From: Parachlamydiales bacterium
GTDB taxonomy: Bacteria > Chlamydiota > Chlamydiia > Chlamydiales > Parachlamydiaceae
Direction: 5' to 3'
Length of the DNA stretch: 52,469 nt
Assembly: GCA_020051075.1 (NCBI GenBank)
Contig: JAGVJP010000045.1
Coordinates: 1-52,469 of the forward strand
A program made the translations under genes and the position numbers. The notes under the pieces are model-generated. The model was not told the origin of the DNA. It did not search any database and worked only from the letters and a program-made list of their open reading frames with translations. Shown here one piece after another: positions 10,867-22,146 of this stretch; position 1 is the first letter of the stretch; each line of letters starts with the position of its first letter.

Positions 10867-11988
10867 CTAAGCCTCTTCATTGTGTTTTAATAATTCTTTT
10901 TTCTTTTTCTTTTCTTCACGGTATTGTTTGACTTTGTCTTTGACAGTTTCGTGAGAAATGCCGAATCGAGTTAAATCCATTCCTAAATGAAGCCCCATCT
11001 CTTGCAATTTCGCTTTAATTTCATTCAGTGACTTCTTGCCAAAATTTCTAAACTCTAGCATGCGTCGTTCCGGAATACAGACTAATTCAGCGAGTGTTTC
11101 TATGTTTGCACCGGTTAAACAGTTGGCTGAACGGACAGAAAGTTCGATTTCATCAATCCCCAATGAAAGCTTATCCATCAATTCATCTTGGTCGCCATCT
11201 CGATCTCCACCTTTCTCATCAAAGGAAAGAGCAAAGTTGTTAAACTGGTCGAATACTTCAAAATGTTTAAGTCCAATCTGTGTCGCAAAACTTAATGCTT
11301 CTGCAGCGCTGATTCTGCCATCTGTGGTGATTTCTATCACTAACCGATCAAAATCTGTATCTTGCCCGACTCGCGTATTTTCAACAAAGTAACTCACTAG
11401 ACGTATAGGAGAGAAGGCGGAGTCTAATAAAATTTCATCAGAAGTTTTATCTCTAATCACATGCCGTTCAGAAGGGACATATCCACGTCCGAAAGCGATC
11501 CTTAAATCAATTTGCCGTTTCATCGGCTTCGTGACTGTAAACAAATGCAGCGTAGGGTTGACAACATCGAAATTTCCTTCTTGTACAACATCTCCAAGCG
11601 TGACTTCATATTGACCTTCATTTCGATCAAGATCTTCTTGAGTGACTTCTAGTATTTTAGTCAATATCCGAGTGTCGCGCGATCCGATGACTTCGTCGGC
11701 TGGCAGTTTTCTTAAGAGGGCTCCTTTAAAATTGAGAACGATATTTGTCATATCTTCTGCAATCCCTTCTATAGGCATGTATTCATGCGGAATCCCTTCA
11801 ATACGAATGGATATGATCGCAGGTGCTTCTAGCGAAGAGAGCATCATGCGCCTTAAGGCGTTTCCAATTGTATGCCCAAATCCACGCTCAAAAGGTTCTG
11901 CAATATAACGGGCAAAGTTAGAACCAAGCGATTCTTTATCAACAATGATCCGTTTAGGCATTTCAAACTTGCCATACTTAATTGACAT
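10867..11988 (-). CDS. rpoA: RNA polymerase alpha subunit
   Basis: EPFERGFGHTIGNALRR, ELSVRSANCL, RNFGKKSLNEI. Confidence 0.99.
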   Translation of the reverse strand: MSIKYGKFEMPKRIIVDKESLGSNFARYIAEPFERGFGHTIGNALRRMMLSSLEAPAIISIRIEGIPHEYMPIEGIAEDMTNIVLNFKGALLRKLPADEVIGSRDTRILTKILEVTQEDLDRNEGQYEVTLGDVVQEGNFDVVNPTLHLFTVTKPMKRQIDLRIAFGRGYVPSERHVIRDKTSDEILLDSAFSPIRLVSYFVENTRVGQDTDFDRLVIEITTDGRISAAEALSFATQIGLKHFEVFDQFNNFALSFDEKGGDRDGDQDELMDKLSLGIDEIELSVRSANCLTGANIETLAELVCIPERRMLEFRNFGKKSLNEIKAKLQEMGLHLGMDLTRFGISHETVKDKVKQYREEKKKKKELLKHNEEA

Positions 11989-12098
11989 GAAGTGGCTCCT
12001 AATAATTAATGTTTTCGCTTCGTTGCAAGTTTCACACTCATCTTTGAAATAATATTCAAATTGTCGATGATCATGCTCACCGTCGATGAGAGCGGTCT

Positions 12099-12506
12099 TT
12101 ATACTCTACGACGTTTGCGAGGTCGACAGCCGTTGTGAGGAACGGGAGTTGTGTCTCGAATTGCAGTAATGGCTAAACCAGCACTTTGCAGCCCTCTAAC
12201 AGCTGATTCTCGTCCGGCGCCTGGCCCTTTTAAATTCACTTCAACTTCTTTCATCCCAAAAGTCGATGCTGTTTTTCCGGCATCTTGTGCTGCTACAGTC
12301 GCAGCAAAAGCAGAAGATTTTCTCGATCCAGAAAAATTAACTTTCCCTGCGGATGACCATGCGACGACTCTTCCTGCCGGGTCAGTGATAGCGATAATTG
12401 TATTGTTGAATGTCGCTTTAACGTGTGCTATTCCAGCTGGGACGTTATGTGCGGTCTTCTTTTTAGCCTTAACAATTTTTTTGTTGGTAGCTGGTTGCTT
12501 GCTCAA
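12099..12506 (-). CDS. rpsK: 30S ribosomal protein S11
   Basis: [30 protein letters not shown]. Confidence 0.98.
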   Translation of the reverse strand: MSKQPATNKKIVKAKKKTAHNVPAGIAHVKATFNNTIIAITDPAGRVVAWSSAGKVNFSGSRKSSAFAATVAAQDAGKTASTFGMKEVEVNLKGPGAGRESAVRGLQSAGLAITAIRDTTPVPHNGCRPRKRRRV

Positions 12507-12530
12507 AGTTGAGAACTCCTTACTTACGGC

Positions 12531-12899
12531 TTATTTTTTCTTGTTGGCAACTGTCTTACGTTTACCTTTGCGAGTACGCGAATTCGTTTTTGTTCGCTGT
12601 CCTCTAACAGGTAAACCTGCTCGATGTCTCATACCGCGATAGCAATGGATATTGATCAATCGCTTAATGTTGTTCTGTACTTGCCGACGCAAATCACCTT
12701 CAACGATATACTCGGATTGCAGCAAACCGTTAATTCGTGCAATATCATCTTGGGTGAGCTTTTGCGCACGCATGTCAGGATCTAATCCAAGTTTAGCAAT
12801 GATCTCATTGCTTAGGTGGAGTCCAATCCCGAACAAGTATGTCAAACTGATTTCTAATCTTTTGTTGTCTGGTATATCGATACCTATAACTCTAGGCAT
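12531..12899 (-). CDS. rpsM: 30S ribosomal protein S13
   Basis: [26 protein letters not shown]. Confidence 0.98.
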   Translation of the reverse strand: MPRVIGIDIPDNKRLEISLTYLFGIGLHLSNEIIAKLGLDPDMRAQKLTQDDIARINGLLQSEYIVEGDLRRQVQNNIKRLINIHCYRGMRHRAGLPVRGQRTKTNSRTRKGKRKTVANKKK

Positions 12900-12966
12900 T
12901 GAATTCTCCTAATTTCAGAATCGAGTGTTGTAAATTTTATAAAAACATCTAATTTTTTGCAACAAA

Positions 12967-14337
12967 TTAACGGCCTCTTACCTTTCCTTTTTTCATAAAA
13001 CCATCATACCGTTTCATGAGGAGGTGGGATTCAATTTGCTTCATCGTATCTAGGACAACTCCTACGAGGATGAGCAAAGCGGTTCCACCAAAGAAATAGC
13101 TGATCGTTTGTGAAACACCAAGGAGGCGGCTAATCATTGTTGGCAAAATTGCTATGAGAGCCAAGAACACTGCTCCGAGCAAAGTAATTCTATTCATTGT
13201 TGCTTCTAAATAGTCCTGTGTAGGCTTTCCTTGGCGTATGCCAGGAATAAAAGCCCCATTTTTTTTCATGTCAGAGGCGATTTGGTCGGGGCGGAATTGT
13301 GTTGCAGTCCAAAAGTAAGTGAAAAAGATGATCAATCCGATAAAGAGGATCAAGTAGAGGACACCCCCGGGTGAGAGCCAGCCAGCAACTTCTCCGAGCC
13401 AATTGCCCCTGCCGACGAAAGTCCCTAAAGTTGCAGGGAACATGAGTAATGCGGAGGCAAAAATGACAGGGATAACACCGGCATAATTGATTTTCAAGGG
13501 GATGTAGGATGTGCCTCCTTGAACTTCCCGTCGACCAACAACGCGTCTGGCATGTTGGAGGGGGATCCGGCGATGACCCTGAATCACAAGGATTGTGGCA
13601 ATCGTGACAATAACAAAAACGGCCGCCAAGACAAGGATCGAAGAAAAGTTCATTTGACCCGGTTCTTGAGAATCAAGATTGAGTTGCTGCAGGACTAAAC
13701 CCATTGCAGTAGGAATTTGAGAGAGGATTCCCAAACAGATGATTAAGCTGATGCCATTTCCGATCCCTCTTTCAGTGATTTGTTCGCCTATCCACATGAG
13801 GAGCATTGTTCCGGTTGTCATTGTGAAGATGGCGATGAAATAAAAGAGCCAAGGAATACCGAATAGCGTAAGGTCTATCAACTCTCCCGTCACGATGCCA
13901 GGACGTGAAAGATTGATTTGGAGGGCATATCTTGCAAACAATGCTGATTGGATAATGGATAAAATGATCGTTAAGAAGCGAGTCCAACGGTTGATTTTTC
14001 TTTTTCCCGCATCACCATTCTCTTTGACTTCACGTTGCAGGCTTGGCATCAGAGCGACAAGGAGCTGCATAATAATGGATGCAGAGATATAAGGGGTGAC
14101 ACCTAGGGCGATCACAGTCATTTGAGAAAAAGCGCCGCCGGAGAAGATGTCGACCATTTGAAACAAGTTCTGACTTCCGCCAGTGGCATGACGGAAAAAG
14201 CTCACAGCAAGTTCACCATTAATTCCTGGGATAGGAATAAAGCTTCCGATACGGCACGCTGCAAGCAGCAGTAGCGTGATAAGAATTTTCGACTTTAGTT
14301 CCGGTATTTGAAATATCCGCTGTAATCCACTGAACAT
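12967..14337 (-). CDS. secY: Preprotein translocase subunit SecY
   Basis: [32 protein letters not shown]; multiple TM helices. Confidence 0.99.
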   Translation of the reverse strand: MFSGLQRIFQIPELKSKILITLLLLAACRIGSFIPIPGINGELAVSFFRHATGGSQNLFQMVDIFSGGAFSQMTVIALGVTPYISASIIMQLLVALMPSLQREVKENGDAGKRKINRWTRFLTIILSIIQSALFARYALQINLSRPGIVTGELIDLTLFGIPWLFYFIAIFTMTTGTMLLMWIGEQITERGIGNGISLIICLGILSQIPTAMGLVLQQLNLDSQEPGQMNFSSILVLAAVFVIVTIATILVIQGHRRIPLQHARRVVGRREVQGGTSYIPLKINYAGVIPVIFASALLMFPATLGTFVGRGNWLGEVAGWLSPGGVLYLILFIGLIIFFTYFWTATQFRPDQIASDMKKNGAFIPGIRQGKPTQDYLEATMNRITLLGAVFLALIAILPTMISRLLGVSQTISYFFGGTALLILVGVVLDTMKQIESHLLMKRYDGFMKKGKVRGR

Positions 14338-14341
14338 CGTT

Positions 14342-14809
14342 TTACTTAGTTATGGGTTTTTTAGTGATTTCAAAATCGATTTTTGCTCGTCTTAATTTTT
14401 CTCTAACGCTGTCAGACATTGCTTGAACGCGGATAATTAATTTTTTGGTTAACTCACCATTGCCAAGTAGCTTGACGCCATGTGTCTGCCCACTGATAAA
14501 TCCTCGACTTTTTAAAGTCTCTATGTCAACAGTATCGCCATCGTTGAACACTTCATTGAGTTGTTCAAGATTGACAACATCTAATTGTTTGCGGAATCTT
14601 TCATTGCTGAATCCACGGATAGGGAGTTTCATGAAGAGAGGCATGTTTCCGCCTTCTTTTCCGTAACGCATTTTTGCTCCTGCACGAGAGCCTGCGCCTT
14701 TTTCTCCTCTTCCGGATGTTTTACCGTGTTTAGAGCCGATCCCTCTTCCCACTCTCTTGCGGCTTTTAGCAGGTCTGGATGTATTTTTCAGGTTGTCTAA
14801 TGTATACAT
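14342..14809 (-). CDS. rplO: 50S ribosomal protein L15
   Basis: [29 protein letters not shown]. Confidence 0.98.
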   Translation of the reverse strand: MYTLDNLKNTSRPAKSRKRVGRGIGSKHGKTSGRGEKGAGSRAGAKMRYGKEGGNMPLFMKLPIRGFSNERFRKQLDVVNLEQLNEVFNDGDTVDIETLKSRGFISGQTHGVKLLGNGELTKKLIIRVQAMSDSVREKLRRAKIDFEITKKPITK

Positions 14810-14817
14810 GATATTGC

Positions 14818-15315
14818 TTATGCTCCTCTTCTCTGCTTAATTTGCTCACGTGTGGAGAGCATTTCGATGGCTTTAAAAATCGCTTTGACCTGGTTGATTG
14901 CGTTTCGAGCTCCAATGTTTTTTGCCATCACATCTTTTATCCCGGCTAGTTCAAGGATAGCTCTTGGCTTTGATCCAGCAATGACTCCAGTCCCTTCGGG
15001 CGCTGGTTTCATATAAATGGTCGCACCATCCCAATGCACTTCAACTTCATGCGGAATAGTCGTTCCTTCCATTGGAATTTGGATGAGGTTCCTGCGGGCA
15101 GCTTCACCGCCTTTTCGGATCGCATCAGTTAATTCATTGGCTTTAGCGAAGCCATAGCCAACACGTCCTTTGCCGTCACCCACGAGGATTAATGCGGAGA
15201 AACTGAATTTTCGACCGCCCTTAACGACTTTGGAACAACGGTTAATGTGTAAAACTTTTTCAGTTAGTTCGCTTTCTTGCTTCTCTTTTTTTGAAGAATC
15301 GCTGCTTTTTGCCAT
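14818..15315 (-). CDS. rpsE: 30S ribosomal protein S5
   Basis: KVVKGGRKFSFSAL, PAPEGTGVIAG. Confidence 0.98.
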   Translation of the reverse strand: MAKSSDSSKKEKQESELTEKVLHINRCSKVVKGGRKFSFSALILVGDGKGRVGYGFAKANELTDAIRKGGEAARRNLIQIPMEGTTIPHEVEVHWDGATIYMKPAPEGTGVIAGSKPRAILELAGIKDVMAKNIGARNAINQVKAIFKAIEMLSTREQIKQRRGA

Positions 15316-15335
15316 GTCTTGTTGTCCTTATTCCT

Positions 15336-15707
15336 TTAGAATTGAAGACCGCCAGCACGAGCTGCATCGGCAAGCTCAGCTAGGACTCCATGATACTTAG
15401 ATGATCCTCGGTCAAAGACCACTTCTTTAATGTTCTTAGTTTTTGCTATCTCGGCAATGTGTTCGCCTAGTTTACGCGCAGAAGCCTTATTTTTTCTATT
15501 AAATTCGGTTTTTCGATATTCTTTTCCGAAAGTTGATACTGCGCCTAAAGTCAAGCCCTTCTCATCATCAATCAGTTGTACAAATAAATGACAATTGCTT
15601 TTGAATACGCATAAGCGGGGTTTTGAATCTGTCCCTCTGAGTTTTTTTCTGACTCGAAGGGCGCGCTTATGTTTTAGCTTATGATTTTTTATGGTTTGCT
15701 TAATCAT
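15336..15707 (-). CDS. rplR: 50S ribosomal protein L18
   Basis: PRLCVFKSN, VVFDRG..KYHG..LADAAR. Confidence 0.98.
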   Translation of the reverse strand: MIKQTIKNHKLKHKRALRVRKKLRGTDSKPRLCVFKSNCHLFVQLIDDEKGLTLGAVSTFGKEYRKTEFNRKNKASARKLGEHIAEIAKTKNIKEVVFDRGSSKYHGVLAELADAARAGGLQF

Positions 15708-15724
15708 ATTTCATCCTTAAATGA

Positions 15725-16267
15725 TTACTTCTTCGCTGCAGATTTCCCAGCTTTTTTACGTACGTATTCGCCAACATAGCGGATCCCTTTGCCTTGATAA
15801 GGCTCTGGAGGTCGTTTACTGCGTATGATCGCAGCAAATTGTCCCACTAGATGCTTATCAAATCCTGAAATCGTGATCAGGGTATTTTTTTCAACTTTAA
15901 TTCCTAATCCTTTAGGGATGTCAAGTTTCATTGGGTGTGAGAAACCTAGCAAGAGATCGAGTTGATCCCCCTGAACTGCGGCACGGTAACCCACGCCGAT
16001 CATTTCAAGTTTCTTTTCAAACCCTTCAGTTGTCCCAACAACCATATTACTGATTAGGGTACGATAAAGTCCATGAAAATGGCCTAAATCGCCGGCACCA
16101 TCCTCTATCGAGACGATGATTTGATTCTCTTCAATACTGACTTTAATTCCGGGTCGTACTGTCTGATGCAAAGTCCCTTTTGGTCCTTTAACAGAGACTT
16201 CTGAACCTGAAACTTTAACCTCTAACCCTTTTGGAAGAGGAATGGGTAGTTTACCTTTACGAGACAT
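15725..16267 (-). CDS. rplF: 50S ribosomal protein L6
   Basis: VKGPKGTL, GVGYRA, RPPEPYQGKGIRY. Confidence 0.98.
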   Translation of the reverse strand: MSRKGKLPIPLPKGLEVKVSGSEVSVKGPKGTLHQTVRPGIKVSIEENQIIVSIEDGAGDLGHFHGLYRTLISNMVVGTTEGFEKKLEMIGVGYRAAVQGDQLDLLLGFSHPMKLDIPKGLGIKVEKNTLITISGFDKHLVGQFAAIIRSKRPPEPYQGKGIRYVGEYVRKKAGKSAAKK

Positions 16268-16286
16268 TATCGCTTTCTCCTCAATC

Positions 16287-16688
16287 TTACCAAATCAAAC
16301 ATAATAGTTCACCGCCGATTCCCTTCTGAATCGCCTCTTTTCCGGGCATAATTCCCTGAGAAGTTGAGACAATAGAAAGTCCCATATTACCATAAAAAGA
16401 AGGGATGTCTTGGTGGCTGACATACTTGCGTAAACCAGGTTTAGAAACTCTTTTTAACCCTTGAATGACAGGCTGGCGCTTGCTTGTATATTTTAAAAAT
16501 ATACGAATCGTTCCTCTGTGCTTCTCATCGACTTTCACTAGAAAGTTTTCAACAAATCCTTGGTTCTTCAGGATTTCTGCGAGAGTTTGTTTCATCTTGC
16601 TCCAAGTGATATCGACATATCGATGTTCTGCATGGATGGAATTGCGAATCCTTGTGAGGAAATCGGCTACTGGGTCGTTGGCTGCCAT
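16287..16688 (-). CDS. rpsH: 30S ribosomal protein S8
   Basis: DPVADFLTRIRN, RVSKPGLRKY, GIGGELLC. Confidence 0.98.
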   Translation of the reverse strand: MAANDPVADFLTRIRNSIHAEHRYVDITWSKMKQTLAEILKNQGFVENFLVKVDEKHRGTIRIFLKYTSKRQPVIQGLKRVSKPGLRKYVSHQDIPSFYGNMGLSIVSTSQGIMPGKEAIQKGIGGELLCLIW

Positions 16689-16705
16689 GAATTCTTCCCC
16701 CTTTA

Positions 16706-17263
16706 TTAAGCTGCTACCGTAATCGGTAAGTTTTTAAATGGTACTCCGAGCAGACGCAAAAGCTCTACACACTCTTCATCCTTTTCTGCTGTCGTGACAA
16801 AAGTGATATGCATCCCTTGAGTTCTCTTAACTTGGTCTAAGTTAATTTCAGGGAAAATCTGTTGGTCGTCGATCCCAAGAGAATAATTCCCCATCCCATC
16901 GCATTTGGACGTAAATCCTCTAAAATCGCGGATTCGGGGGCAGACGATGTTGACAAATCTGTCGATGAATTCATACATCCTGAGGCCACGAAGAGTCACT
17001 TTGATCCCGATGGGCTGATTTTCTCGAAGCTTAAAGTTCGAAATCGCTACCTTTGCTTTCGTGATAATGGGTTTCTGTCCAGAAAGCATCGTCATTTCTT
17101 TGACGCAGTCTTGGATGGAGTTTTTATCTTTAGAAGCTTCGGCGATTCCCATATTGATGACAACCTTGACCATTTTTGGTGTCTTCATGGGGTTATCAAA
17201 ACCGAATTTCTTTAGCAATTCCTGCTTAATTTGACTGTTGTATCTCTCTTTTAACCTAGACAT
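16706..17263 (-). CDS. rplE: 50S ribosomal protein L5
   Basis: [25 protein letters not shown]. Confidence 0.98.
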   Translation of the reverse strand: MSRLKERYNSQIKQELLKKFGFDNPMKTPKMVKVVINMGIAEASKDKNSIQDCVKEMTMLSGQKPIITKAKVAISNFKLRENQPIGIKVTLRGLRMYEFIDRFVNIVCPRIRDFRGFTSKCDGMGNYSLGIDDQQIFPEINLDQVKRTQGMHITFVTTAEKDEECVELLRLLGVPFKNLPITVAA

Positions 17264-17276
17264 TGGCTTCTTCTAC

Positions 17277-17645
17277 TCACTTAGGTTTTTTAACTTGACG
17301 ATAGACGACCTCTTTGCCGTCTTTTTGATAGACAAACTGGCGACTTCCGTTTTGCGATGTTGAAACTTTTAACTTCACAGCGATGTCACCATCAAGGGCT
17401 AATTTTAGATTTGAAACATGGATAGGTTGTTCAATATCGATAATTTTCCCTTTAGATCCTTCTGGAGATCCTCGTTGAGGCTTCAAATGTTTCTTACGAT
17501 AATTGAGCCCTTGAACGACAATTCTTTCTCCATTACAAGATTGAACGATTCCGCTTTGTCCTCTATGATCTCCAGAAATAGCAATTACACGATCACCTTT
17601 GCGGATCTTTTTTGATTGACTTGATTGTTTTTCCATTGTTGTCAT
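17277..17645 (-). CDS. rplX: 50S ribosomal protein L24
   Basis: KIRKGDRVIAISG (KOW), EQPIHVSNL; position between rplN and rplE. Confidence 0.96.
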   Translation of the reverse strand: MTTMEKQSSQSKKIRKGDRVIAISGDHRGQSGIVQSCNGERIVVQGLNYRKKHLKPQRGSPEGSKGKIIDIEQPIHVSNLKLALDGDIAVKLKVSTSQNGSRQFVYQKDGKEVVYRQVKKPK

Positions 17646-17655
17646 TGCCTCTTCT

Positions 17656-18024
17656 TTAGATCACTTCTGGTGCGAGCGAACTGATTTTTAAAAATTCCTT
17701 GTCCCGTACTTCACGAGCAACCGGTCCAAATATTCGCGTTCCACGCGGGTTTTTTTTATCATCGATCAAAACGCAGCTATTTGTGTCGAATCGGATCTTT
17801 GTTCCATCTTTCCGTCTAATATAAGATTTCGTTCTGATGATGACGACTTTAACAACGTCCCCTTTTTTAACGCTCCCGTCTGGATGAGCGTCTTGTACGG
17901 ATGCCACAACAACATCCCCAACGTGGGCATAACGACGTTTTGATCCACCTAATACTTTAAAGCATTTGACCCGTTTTGCTCCCGAGTTATCAGCAACTTC
18001 GAGTTCGGTTTCTTGTTGAACCAT
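17656..18024 (-). CDS. rplN: 50S ribosomal protein L14
   Basis: [28 protein letters not shown]. Confidence 0.99.
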   Translation of the reverse strand: MVQQETELEVADNSGAKRVKCFKVLGGSKRRYAHVGDVVVASVQDAHPDGSVKKGDVVKVVIIRTKSYIRRKDGTKIRFDTNSCVLIDDKKNPRGTRIFGPVAREVRDKEFLKISSLAPEVI

Positions 18025-18069
18025 GGTTTAACTACTCCACCAAATTGTTCTATTTTTATCCTCAAAACA

Positions 18070-18321
18070 CTATGCAACAACGCGCCATCTCTTCAATTTT
18101 GACAATGGCCTAGTTTCGACTATTTTTACTTCGTCGCCGATTTGTAAAGGAGAGGCGTCATGATGAGCATAATATTTCTTTGCTCGAGTGATGACTTTAT
18201 CGTATTGTGGATGTCTAAAAGTCCTTTCAACTTTGACTACAACGGTTTTTTGCATCTTATTTGATACAACGATACCCTTCTTGAACTTTCGATTTCCTTT
18301 GACTTCTTCTTTCATCGTCAT
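18070..18321 (-). CDS. rpsQ: 30S ribosomal protein S17
   Basis: [25 protein letters not shown]. Confidence 0.98.
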   Translation of the reverse strand: MTMKEEVKGNRKFKKGIVVSNKMQKTVVVKVERTFRHPQYDKVITRAKKYYAHHDASPLQIGDEVKIVETRPLSKLKRWRVVA

Positions 18322-18324
18322 CCT

Positions 18325-18537
18325 CTATTTTGACAGACTGTTACGTTGGCGCTGCTTTTCAGAAATTACTGTTAATAAGCGCGCGATATCTTTTCGAGCA
18401 TGTTTGCGTTCATGAGGAGCGCCGCTTTTCTCGGTTACCCGTTTGTTATTCAGTTGGAAAAGTTGTTTGCAAGAATCTGTGTAGATTGCTTCAAGCTCTT
18501 CTATGCTTTGATCTCTTAACTCTTTTGCTTTATACAT
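18325..18537 (-). CDS. rpmC: 50S ribosomal protein L29
   Basis: KAKELR, RKDIARLLTV; synteny. Confidence 0.95.
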   Translation of the reverse strand: MYKAKELRDQSIEELEAIYTDSCKQLFQLNNKRVTEKSGAPHERKHARKDIARLLTVISEKQRQRNSLSK

Positions 18538-18543
18538 ATTTCC

Positions 18544-18963
18544 TCAAACTTGTTCTACTCGTTCAACAAAGCGGGTTTTTAGTCCTAGTTTAGCTGCAGC
18601 TCGGCGCAAAGCACTTTGAGCCATCTCTCTTGGAACGTTAGCCACTTCGAAAAGCACTCTTCCTGGGCGCACGACAGCTACCCAATGATCGACGTTCCCT
18701 TTTCCTTTACCCATTCGCACTTCTGCTGGTTTTTTTGTGATCGGCTTATCTGGAAATATCCGTATCCATACCTTTCCCCGTCTTTGGAAGTGACGATTGA
18801 TAGCGACGCGGCATGCTTCGATTTGCTGATTCGTAATCCAACCTCTTTCAAGCACTTGGATTCCAAATTCGCCAAAGTGTACGAAGGCGGCTCCCTTGCT
18901 AAGGCCGTCATATGACCCTTTGTGCATTTTGCGATGTTTTGTTCGTTTTGGCATTAAGGCCAT
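18544..18963 (-). CDS. rplP: 50S ribosomal protein L16
   Basis: [24 protein letters not shown]. Confidence 0.99.
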   Translation of the reverse strand: MALMPKRTKHRKMHKGSYDGLSKGAAFVHFGEFGIQVLERGWITNQQIEACRVAINRHFQRRGKVWIRIFPDKPITKKPAEVRMGKGKGNVDHWVAVVRPGRVLFEVANVPREMAQSALRRAAAKLGLKTRFVERVEQV

Positions 18964-18966
18964 GAT

Positions 18967-19611
18967 TTATGCCTCCTTTCTCACTAAGTTATCTTCGCCG
19001 CGGTTGATCCAAACTTTTACTCCGATGCTGCCGTAAGTTGTTTCTGCGCGGCCTGTAGCAAAATCAATATCGGTTCTTATCGTATGCAGGGGAGTACTTC
19101 CTTCTTTATACCACTCACTTCGCGCGATTTCAGCTCCACCAATACGTCCTGAAAGCTGAACTTTAATTCCGTGTGCACCTGCATCGATTGACGATTGCAT
19201 CGCTTTTTTCATCGCACGTCTGAAGGGTACTCGTCTTTCAATCTGTTTTGCAATTCCATCAGCAACAATTTTAGCGTCTAGATCGGGACGTTTGACTTCT
19301 TCAACAGATACCCAAACTTCTTTTTTGGTAAGTTTGTGCAGTTCATTTTTAAGGACATCGATTTCAGCACCTTTTTTGCCAATAACCAGACCTGGGCGGG
19401 CAGTCACGATAGTGACTTCAATCTTTCCGCTCATCCGTTTGATTTTAATTGTAGAAAGGCCCATTAAGGCTAATTTCTTTAATAAGTATGCCCGTATGAG
19501 GTGATCTTCAATGAGGAATTCTCCAAATTCTTTTTTATTTGCGAACCATTTGGAGCGCCAATCACGTGTACGAATTAGGCGGAAACTTATTGGGTTAACT
19601 TTTTGTCCCAT
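18967..19611 (-). CDS. rpsC: 30S ribosomal protein S3
   Basis: MGQKVNP, ARPGLVIGKKG, SGRIGGAEIARSE. Confidence 0.99.
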   Translation of the reverse strand: MGQKVNPISFRLIRTRDWRSKWFANKKEFGEFLIEDHLIRAYLLKKLALMGLSTIKIKRMSGKIEVTIVTARPGLVIGKKGAEIDVLKNELHKLTKKEVWVSVEEVKRPDLDAKIVADGIAKQIERRVPFRRAMKKAMQSSIDAGAHGIKVQLSGRIGGAEIARSEWYKEGSTPLHTIRTDIDFATGRAETTYGSIGVKVWINRGEDNLVRKEA

Positions 19612-19622
19612 TCGATGACTCC

Positions 19623-19949
19623 TTACAGATTGCTTAGAATGATGGTAAAATGGCTAGTTCTCTTCATAATTGGATGTCTCCCACCCTTGTTTTTTGGTTT
19701 GGAACGTTTGAGCGTTGGCCCTTCATCTACCCGAACTTCTTTAACGATCAGATCTTCTCTTCTCAAATTGAGATTATTTTCAGCATTAGCAACAGCGCTA
19801 GCTAACGTCTTTTCGAGTAATCGACCGCCTCTTAGACTGCTGAACTTCAATTGTGCAGCTGCGTTTGAGACTGTGAGTCCGCGAATCAATCCGGCGGCCA
19901 GTCTGGCTTTACGTGGGCTGATACGTACATATTTTGTGATGGCTTTCAT
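19623..19949 (-). CDS. rplV: 50S ribosomal protein L22
   Basis: RISPRKARL, SAVANAE, VDEGPTLKR. Confidence 0.98.
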   Translation of the reverse strand: MKAITKYVRISPRKARLAAGLIRGLTVSNAAAQLKFSSLRGGRLLEKTLASAVANAENNLNLRREDLIVKEVRVDEGPTLKRSKPKNKGGRHPIMKRTSHFTIILSNL

Positions 19950-19961
19950 CTTTGCAAACCT

Positions 19962-20225
19962 TTACTTCTTAACGGGGTGTCCTTTGAATGTTCTAGTAGG
20001 GGCAAATTCGCCCAATCGGTGACCAACCATGTTATCAGTTACGAACACAGTGATATGTTTACGTCCATTGTGAACTTCAAATGTATGTCCCACCATATCA
20101 GGCGTGATCATCGAACGCCTCGACCATGTTTTGATTGGTTTTTTTGAACTTTCCTTATTTTGAACGTCTACTTTTTTCTGAAGGTGGTGATCAACAAAAG
20201 GACCTTTTTTTAATGATCTGGCCAT
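19962..20225 (-). CDS. rpsS: 30S ribosomal protein S19
   Basis: [25 protein letters not shown]. Confidence 0.99.
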   Translation of the reverse strand: MARSLKKGPFVDHHLQKKVDVQNKESSKKPIKTWSRRSMITPDMVGHTFEVHNGRKHITVFVTDNMVGHRLGEFAPTRTFKGHPVKK

Positions 20226-20227
20226 AT

Positions 20228-21073
20228 TTACTTTTTCCTTCGATTTTTAACAATAAGCTTGTTAGATTTCTTATTCGATCTTGTGACAAGTCCCTTCGTG
20301 AAAAGACCCCATGGTGTTTGCGGAGTGTTCCCTTTGTGTTTACCTTCACCACCGCCGTGGGGGTGGTCAACAGGGTTCATTGCTGTACCGCGAACAGTTG
20401 GACGTATTCCTTGCCAACGCTTGCGACCCGCTTTTCCTTCGGTGCGGAGATTTCGCTCGGGGTTTGAGACCGCGCCGAAAGTTGCTCTGCAGTTTTCATT
20501 GACCATACGCACCTCGCCGGACGGCATCCGGATTGTTGCATATCCTCCTGAACGAGCCATTAATTGCGCTGAGAGTCCGGCGGAACGAACAAGTTTACCG
20601 CCTCTGCCTGGATAGAGTTCAATATTGCAGATGACCGAACCAAGAGGCATACATTTCAGTTTCATACAACATCCCACATGGAATGGAGGATTATCGCTCG
20701 TTTGAACAGTGTCACCAGCTTTTAATCCTTGAGGAGCGAGAATGTATCTTTTTTCACCATCAGCATAGTTAATTAATGCGATGAATGCTGTTCGATTTGG
20801 ATCGTATTCAATAGAAGCGACTTTAGCTGGTATATCTTCTTTGTCTCTTTTGAAATCGACCATCCGATAATGTTGCTTGTGTCCACCACCTTTATGACGA
20901 CAGGTGATATGTCCGTTGTTGTTACGTCCATTCGTACGTCGTTTTGGAATAAGGAGAGACTTTGTCGGTTCTACAGTCGCTCGTTCATTTACCCCGACGC
21001 GAGTCAATTGGGTATTAGCCGGAAGGACTAGCTGCCGTGTTCCTGGAGTGATTGGTCTAAATTTTTTCAACAT
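20228..21073 (-). CDS. rplB: 50S ribosomal protein L2
   Basis: [28 protein letters not shown]. Confidence 0.99.
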   Translation of the reverse strand: MLKKFRPITPGTRQLVLPANTQLTRVGVNERATVEPTKSLLIPKRRTNGRNNNGHITCRHKGGGHKQHYRMVDFKRDKEDIPAKVASIEYDPNRTAFIALINYADGEKRYILAPQGLKAGDTVQTSDNPPFHVGCCMKLKCMPLGSVICNIELYPGRGGKLVRSAGLSAQLMARSGGYATIRMPSGEVRMVNENCRATFGAVSNPERNLRTEGKAGRKRWQGIRPTVRGTAMNPVDHPHGGGEGKHKGNTPQTPWGLFTKGLVTRSNKKSNKLIVKNRRKK

Positions 21074-21090
21074 CTGTTTTCAAAGCTCCT

Positions 21091-21426
21091 TTATACGTTA
21101 TCTAGATTGTCGCCCGGACGCAAGGTGACAACAGCTTTTTTAAAAGCTTTCTTGAACCCTTGTCTTCCACGGACACGTCTAGCCTTCGCTTTGACATTGA
21201 TTGTGTTAACTGCTTCGACCTTGATTTCTCTATCTTCGTAGAGTTCTTCTATAGCTTTTGCAATTTCTTGTTTATTTGCTGATGTATCAACAATAAACAC
21301 ATATTTGGGAGATTTACAGCGCTGCAAAGAAGGGTTGCTTTGAGCGTTTTTTAAAGAGGCCAACATTGTAGACTTTTCAGTTATATGTTGGTTCTTGATA
21401 ATCTGAGAATTTTTTTTCGCTGCCAT
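21091..21426 (-). CDS. rplW: 50S ribosomal protein L23
   Basis: ITEKS, ANKQEIAKAIE, VNTINV, KKAVVTL. Confidence 0.97.
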   Translation of the reverse strand: MAAKKNSQIIKNQHITEKSTMLASLKNAQSNPSLQRCKSPKYVFIVDTSANKQEIAKAIEELYEDREIKVEAVNTINVKAKARRVRGRQGFKKAFKKAVVTLRPGDNLDNV

Positions 21427-21441
21427 TGTTACATTACCTCG

Positions 21442-22125
21442 TCAATTCAACCATTGATTTAATTCATTCAGCGCCGATTCAGTCAAAATAATATTCTTTG
21501 CAAGCATGACATCATATCCGCTGACGTTGGATGCTAACATGAACTCTGTTTTTGGGAGGTTTCGCACACTTTTGATGAATGTGTCGTGTTTTGAGCTGCT
21601 CACAGTGACCCGTTGTGTTTTTCCTTCAGTTTCGACTTCAGTGAATGTGCTTTCACCGAGAAACAGAATCCGCCCTTTTATGTCTCGTTCTTTGAGGAAC
21701 TTATAAACGGCTTGAGTTTTAGGTGATTCCATTGTCATACTGTCGATGATGATGACTCGATTTGCATTAATTTTTTCACTAATTAAAAATCGAATGGCTG
21801 CTTTGCGCTCTTTCTGGTTAATGCGTACATGTTGATCAAACTTTGGTTTTGGACCAAATACACGACCACCCCCACGATACTGAGGACCAACAAGTGATCC
21901 ATGACGTGCACGCCCTTGCCCTTTTTGAGGGTGAGGCTTTTTCGTCGTATGGCTGACTTCAGCCCGTGTTTTTGTGTTAGCTGACCATTGGCGAGCATTT
22001 GCTCGCAAAGCGACAATATAGTCTTTAATCATTTGACCATTGGCTTCTGCGTTGACAAAGCGGTCATCGACAGAGACCTGGCCTATTTCCTTTCCGGCAA
22101 GACTGAATTTTCTTAGATTAGCCAC
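21442..22125 (-). CDS. rplD: 50S ribosomal protein L4
   Basis: TKTRAEV, QKGQGRARHGS, GGGRVFGPKP; GTG start. Confidence 0.98.
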   Translation of the reverse strand: MANLRKFSLAGKEIGQVSVDDRFVNAEANGQMIKDYIVALRANARQWSANTKTRAEVSHTTKKPHPQKGQGRARHGSLVGPQYRGGGRVFGPKPKFDQHVRINQKERKAAIRFLISEKINANRVIIIDSMTMESPKTQAVYKFLKERDIKGRILFLGESTFTEVETEGKTQRVTVSSSKHDTFIKSVRNLPKTEFMLASNVSGYDVMLAKNIILTESALNELNQWLN

Positions 22126-22146
22126 AATTTACTCCACAGAATCTAG